This document shows positions 60,155 to 63,502 of a DNA stretch of 63,502 nucleotides, piece by piece. Each line of letters starts with the position of its first letter. The stretch's first letter is position 1. A program made the translations under genes and the position numbers. A model generated the notes under the pieces. That model did not search any database and was not told the DNA's origin. It worked only from the letters and a program-made list of their open reading frames with translations. Source of the stretch: an uncultured Bdellovibrionales bacterium (lineage in GTDB: Bacteria > Bdellovibrionota_C > UBA2361 > J135); the NCBI GenBank assembly GCA_964523015.1, contig CAZFXN010000011.1, positions 1 to 63,502 on the forward strand, read 5' to 3'.

Positions 60155-61384
60155 CTAAAATAATAGCCGTGTTTTGATAGAGGTCTCAAGCGACTCAATT
60201 CTTTGAGTTACTTCACGTGAAACATCAACATTAATATCCATTATTAGATATCCGATCTCTGCTGTTGTACTTAGATACTGGGCACTAATATTTGCACCAA
60301 CTTCAGCCATAATATTATTTATACTACCTAGAACACCGGGCACATTTTTATGAATATTTAAAATCCTGTGGTTTCCCTCAACTATTGCTAGAGCAACTTT
60401 TGGAAAATTCACTGCTCCTTCAGTAGCTCCTGTCTCAATAAAATCTAATAATGAATTTGCAACTTCAAGTCCTATATTTTTTTGAGCTTCTTCAGTACTG
60501 CCACCTATGTGTGGAGTTAAAAGAACATTAGGAATCCCTCGTAACTCACTTACAAACTCATCCTTATTTGAACCAGGCTCAATTGGGTAAACATCAAGGG
60601 CAGCACCTGCAAGGTGTCCATTTCTAAGGGCTTCAGCTAATGCTGCAATATCAACTACAGTGCCACGACTTAGGTTTAATAAGACCGCACCCTGCTTCAT
60701 CTTTGAAAGCTCTTTTGATCCAATCATCCCTTTTGTCTCTGGAGTCTCAGGTACATGTAAGGTCACAAAATCAGAAGCTTTAAGAAGATCATTTATAGAT
60801 TCAACAGTCTGAGCAATACCAAGAGGTAATTTTCGAAGAATATCATAATAGATAACCTTCATGCCGAAAGATTCAGCTAAAATTCCGATCTGTTGCCCGA
60901 TGTGGCCATAACCGATGATACCAAGGACTTTGTGTCGTATTTCACAACAACCATCAGCGGATTTATCCCAAACTCCCTGATGCATCCTCTGACTTTTCCA
61001 TGCAGCTTTACGTGCTAGCATAATAATCTCAGCCATAGCGAGTTCAGCGACACTACGAGTGTTACTAAATGGAGCATTAAAAACTGGAATGCCATTCATT
61101 TCAGCAGCGCGTAAATCTACCTGATTAGTTCCGATACAAAAGCACCCAACTGATAAGAGTCGCTTTGTCTTTGCTAATACATCAGATGGAATCTCAGTTC
61201 TTGAACGGATGCCTAAAATATGAATGTCTGAAATTGCTGCTAATAATTCATCTTTTTGCCAAGCAGTTGAGATTAACTTTGGGCTATAACCACGTTCATG
61301 AAATAGCTCAACAGCTGCTGGATGTATCCCCTCAAGGAGGACAATATTCATCTTAGCACGAGGAAATGAGACTTTATTGACCAT
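60155..61384 (-). CDS. serA: D-3-phosphoglycerate dehydrogenase
   Basis: GIRSRT, GCFCIGTNQVDL, NAPFSNTRSVAE, GYGHIG, TPHIGGST, C-terminal ACT domain. Confidence 0.97.
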   Translation of the reverse strand: MVNKVSFPRAKMNIVLLEGIHPAAVELFHERGYSPKLISTAWQKDELLAAISDIHILGIRSRTEIPSDVLAKTKRLLSVGCFCIGTNQVDLRAAEMNGIPVFNAPFSNTRSVAELAMAEIIMLARKAAWKSQRMHQGVWDKSADGCCEIRHKVLGIIGYGHIGQQIGILAESFGMKVIYYDILRKLPLGIAQTVESINDLLKASDFVTLHVPETPETKGMIGSKELSKMKQGAVLLNLSRGTVVDIAALAEALRNGHLAGAALDVYPIEPGSNKDEFVSELRGIPNVLLTPHIGGSTEEAQKNIGLEVANSLLDFIETGATEGAVNFPKVALAIVEGNHRILNIHKNVPGVLGSINNIMAEVGANISAQYLSTTAEIGYLIMDINVDVSREVTQRIESLETSIKTRLLF

Positions 61385-61853
61385 TAGACTGAACTTGCTT
61401 TAACTCTAACAAACATTTTCCAAGTGCTTCCCAGGCCAGCACTGCACACTTAACCCGAGCAGGAAACTTTTTAACTCCTCCTAGTGCAACAACATCTCCA
61501 AGATCAGGCTCCCCAAGATTGGAGCTGTTACATTTATCAGAGTGTGGTGTGTTAGTTCCCTTTATAAGATCGGTAACTTTTGTATAAAGCTCTTCGATCT
61601 CAACAATAGATTTACCTTTAACTAACTCGCTCATCATTGAAGCAGATGCCTGACTAATTGCACAACCGTTTCCTAAAAATGATATCTCCTCAACCATTGT
61701 ACCATCGGAATTAAGCATGACCTGGACTTCATCGCCACAAAGAGGATTATAAACGTGTGCTTCTGCTTTGGCATTTTCGATACAGTGCCTGCACCGTGGA
61801 TTCTGAAAGTGATCCAAGATAACGTCTTGATAAAGTTCGTCTATAGAATCCAT
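61374..61853 (-). CDS. sufU: SufU/IscU-family Fe-S cluster assembly protein
   Basis: LYQDVILDH, NPLCGD, GCAISQASAS, PARVKCA.LAW. Confidence 0.92.
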   Translation of the reverse strand: MDSIDELYQDVILDHFQNPRCRHCIENAKAEAHVYNPLCGDEVQVMLNSDGTMVEEISFLGNGCAISQASASMMSELVKGKSIVEIEELYTKVTDLIKGTNTPHSDKCNSSNLGEPDLGDVVALGGVKKFPARVKCAVLAWEALGKCLLELKQVQSNGQ

Positions 61854-61917
61854 GTCTAAATTAGATGCCTTAAATGAATGTAGTGTTTGAGTTTATCACA
61901 AGCCCCTCAATAAGTCA

Positions 61918-62583
61918 TTAGACTGGCTTAGGTATCGCTATTAACGCTCTAAATGCAGCAAGTAATGTCTGATCGTCAAAAGGCTTAGGAATAAATGTGG
62001 CTTTACCTGATCTAGTAAGATCAGAAACTTCATCGGTAGCTTTTAATCCAGATGAAAAAACGACCTTTAGATCTGGCACAAGTGGTAAGAGTTTTTGATA
62101 AAGTTCATAACCATTCATGCGTGGCATAGAGAAATCAATAAAGAAACAATCAATTATCTCTGTGCAGGTCTTTAACTTAGAGAGCGCCTCCTCCCCTGAT
62201 GAAGCGACTAGTGTTTTCCCTCCATATTCTTCAATAAGAATTTGGGTAACCTCTCGCATAATTGGCTCATCATCAACTACAAAAATAGTTGCTCCAGTAA
62301 GTGCTAGAGTATACTGAATCTGTGCTCTTAGACTTGAAGGAGAGGAATTAGAACCTTCAATTAATTTTAAGATCCGCCAAACATTACTGGAGAATAACTC
62401 AGAGTCTCGCTTAGTATAATTCTTAAGCTCAGAACTCCAGATATCAAATATCTTTACAAGATCATCGCTCTTTAGATCTTCCTTTAGTGCAATCTCATAC
62501 CCTCCGGTCATAGCATGACGCCTAGAGAGCTTTGCAGTCTCCTCTGGGGTCATCACAGCATCGATTATTATCTGAGCAATCAC
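61918..62583 (-). CDS. Response regulator (C-terminal receiver domain, unknown N-terminus)
   Basis: VVDDE, IDFSMPRMNG, SSG, IPKPF. Confidence 0.85.
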   Translation of the reverse strand: MIAQIIIDAVMTPEETAKLSRRHAMTGGYEIALKEDLKSDDLVKIFDIWSSELKNYTKRDSELFSSNVWRILKLIEGSNSSPSSLRAQIQYTLALTGATIFVVDDEPIMREVTQILIEEYGGKTLVASSGEEALSKLKTCTEIIDCFFIDFSMPRMNGYELYQKLLPLVPDLKVVFSSGLKATDEVSDLTRSGKATFIPKPFDDQTLLAAFRALIAIPKPV

Positions 62584-62930
62584 ACAATCCTTTCTATTAT
62601 CCCTTCTATTATCTCTGTAGCTCTTAATCCAAGCAGAGTATCACCAGTGACGGTTAATTTGCCACTAGCAAAAAATTCCTGAGGGTTTCTCCCAGTGTTA
62701 GACATCTCTAAAAAATCTAAATCATTCATAGTAATTGTACACTGAGCTGGCTCATCACTCTCTATCACTGCCACTGGAGGACGACAAATAAAGATCCAAT
62801 TTCCGCCCTGTGATCCAGTAATTGCAAATTTAATAGTCCCATCAAATTGAGAATAGTGGCTTTCGTTTGCTAATAAGCGAGCTGTCCAACTGTTAATGAC
62901 AGTATCTATTTTTCTTTGTGATTGGGCCAT
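62580..62930 (-). CDS. SCP2 sterol/lipid-binding domain protein
   Basis: ITGSQGGNW, CTITM..DF, NPQEFFASGKLTVTGD. Confidence 0.85.
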   Translation of the reverse strand: MAQSQRKIDTVINSWTARLLANESHYSQFDGTIKFAITGSQGGNWIFICRPPVAVIESDEPAQCTITMNDLDFLEMSNTGRNPQEFFASGKLTVTGDTLLGLRATEIIEGIIERIV

Positions 62931-63005
62931 AAAGATGCCCCAACAATAGTCTGAAACTACAGTATCATCAAGCGATAGTAGGAGTACTTATAATAGGGTC
63001 GATAA

Positions 63006-63502
63006 TTAGGAAGCTGTGCTTTGATCTGTGCTTGAATCAGCAAGAGAAGCTATTAGAAGATCGATATTACGAACATTTTTATATCCAGATAAAAGCTTGC
63101 TACCTGCCTCTTTTGCTCGAACAGCAGTTGCTAAAGCACTAAGCTTATCATCGAGTGCCTGATATGCTTCAGCTAAAACATGTAAGGACTCTGGGCCAAA
63201 CCAACCTGAATGTTGACAAGCTGACACTGCCAGCTGTCTAGCGAAATCAGCGTTGTGATATGGACCACTCTTTAAATATGACTGAGCGAACAGAGTTAAA
63301 ACTCTAGGATTATTTGGCACTACCATAAGGGCGCGTCGAAGTTGCTGACGAGCAATTGCAACCCTCCCCTCTTTTAAAAGCACTTCGCCATAAGCAACAA
63401 CCGCCTCAAAAGGAGCATTCGGCCCGGATGCTAGAGATGCCAGACGGCTTCTGCCCTTCTGATAATCTCCTCGCAACATCTCAAGCCGTGCTGCTGCTAC
63501 CT
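63006..63502 (-). CDS. TPR-repeat protein, 5'-truncated at the window edge
   Basis: TPR-like helices (YGEVLL..G..A..LRRAL..PNN; LAEAYQ); frame appears open to the window end. Confidence 0.7.
   Translation of the reverse strand, partial: VAAARLEMLRGDYQKGRSRLASLASGPNAPFEAVVAYGEVLLKEGRVAIARQQLRRALMVVPNNPRVLTLFAQSYLKSGPYHNADFARQLAVSACQHSGWFGPESLHVLAEAYQALDDKLSALATAVRAKEAGSKLLSGYKNVRNIDLLIASLADSSTDQSTAS

Overview
AT-rich bacterial chromosomal window; the gene content suggests a deltaproteobacterial/Bdellovibrionota-like organism (inference). In order: (1) a chemotaxis cluster (dual-HPt cheA, cheR, cheD, cheY, cheX-like, cheB, MCP, cheV, cheX, cheY) with repeated sigma28-like promoters, then murJ-fliH-fliI; (2) a ~1.2 kb decayed insertion in the 3' end of fliI, with the displaced, pseudogenised fliI tail left at 15148-15302; (3) an SDR / FAD-oxidoreductase / DUF1365 / cfa / glutathione-peroxidase operon resembling furan-fatty-acid photo-oxidative-stress genes, divergent from a CarH-type B12-binding protein whose HTH is C-terminal and XRE-type; (4) the main candidate novel system, a tightly packed 12.3 kb six-gene operon (FAD/NAD(P)H + 2x cNMP-binding + 4x[4Fe-4S] protein, His-rich membrane protein, FHA-decaheme cytochrome, double GlcG/HbpS lipoprotein, outer-membrane barrel, nonaheme-LVIVD cytochrome). 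It lies beside a c554-like cytochrome, an HD hydrolase, a perfect CRP box, a FecR-TPR-barrel receptor, two YWTD propeller proteins and a CHASE2 adenylate cyclase, which together suggest a cAMP-gated trans-envelope electron conduit with its own signalling circuit; (5) housekeeping and hypothetical genes (TolC, tdk, ubiE/menG, glyQS, D-2-hydroxyacid dehydrogenase, serA, SufU-like) and an orphan ~380-nt structured non-coding region with its own minus-strand terminator. No rRNA, tRNA, CRISPR array, integrase or transposase was recognised. All calls come from reading motifs by eye; no searches were run.
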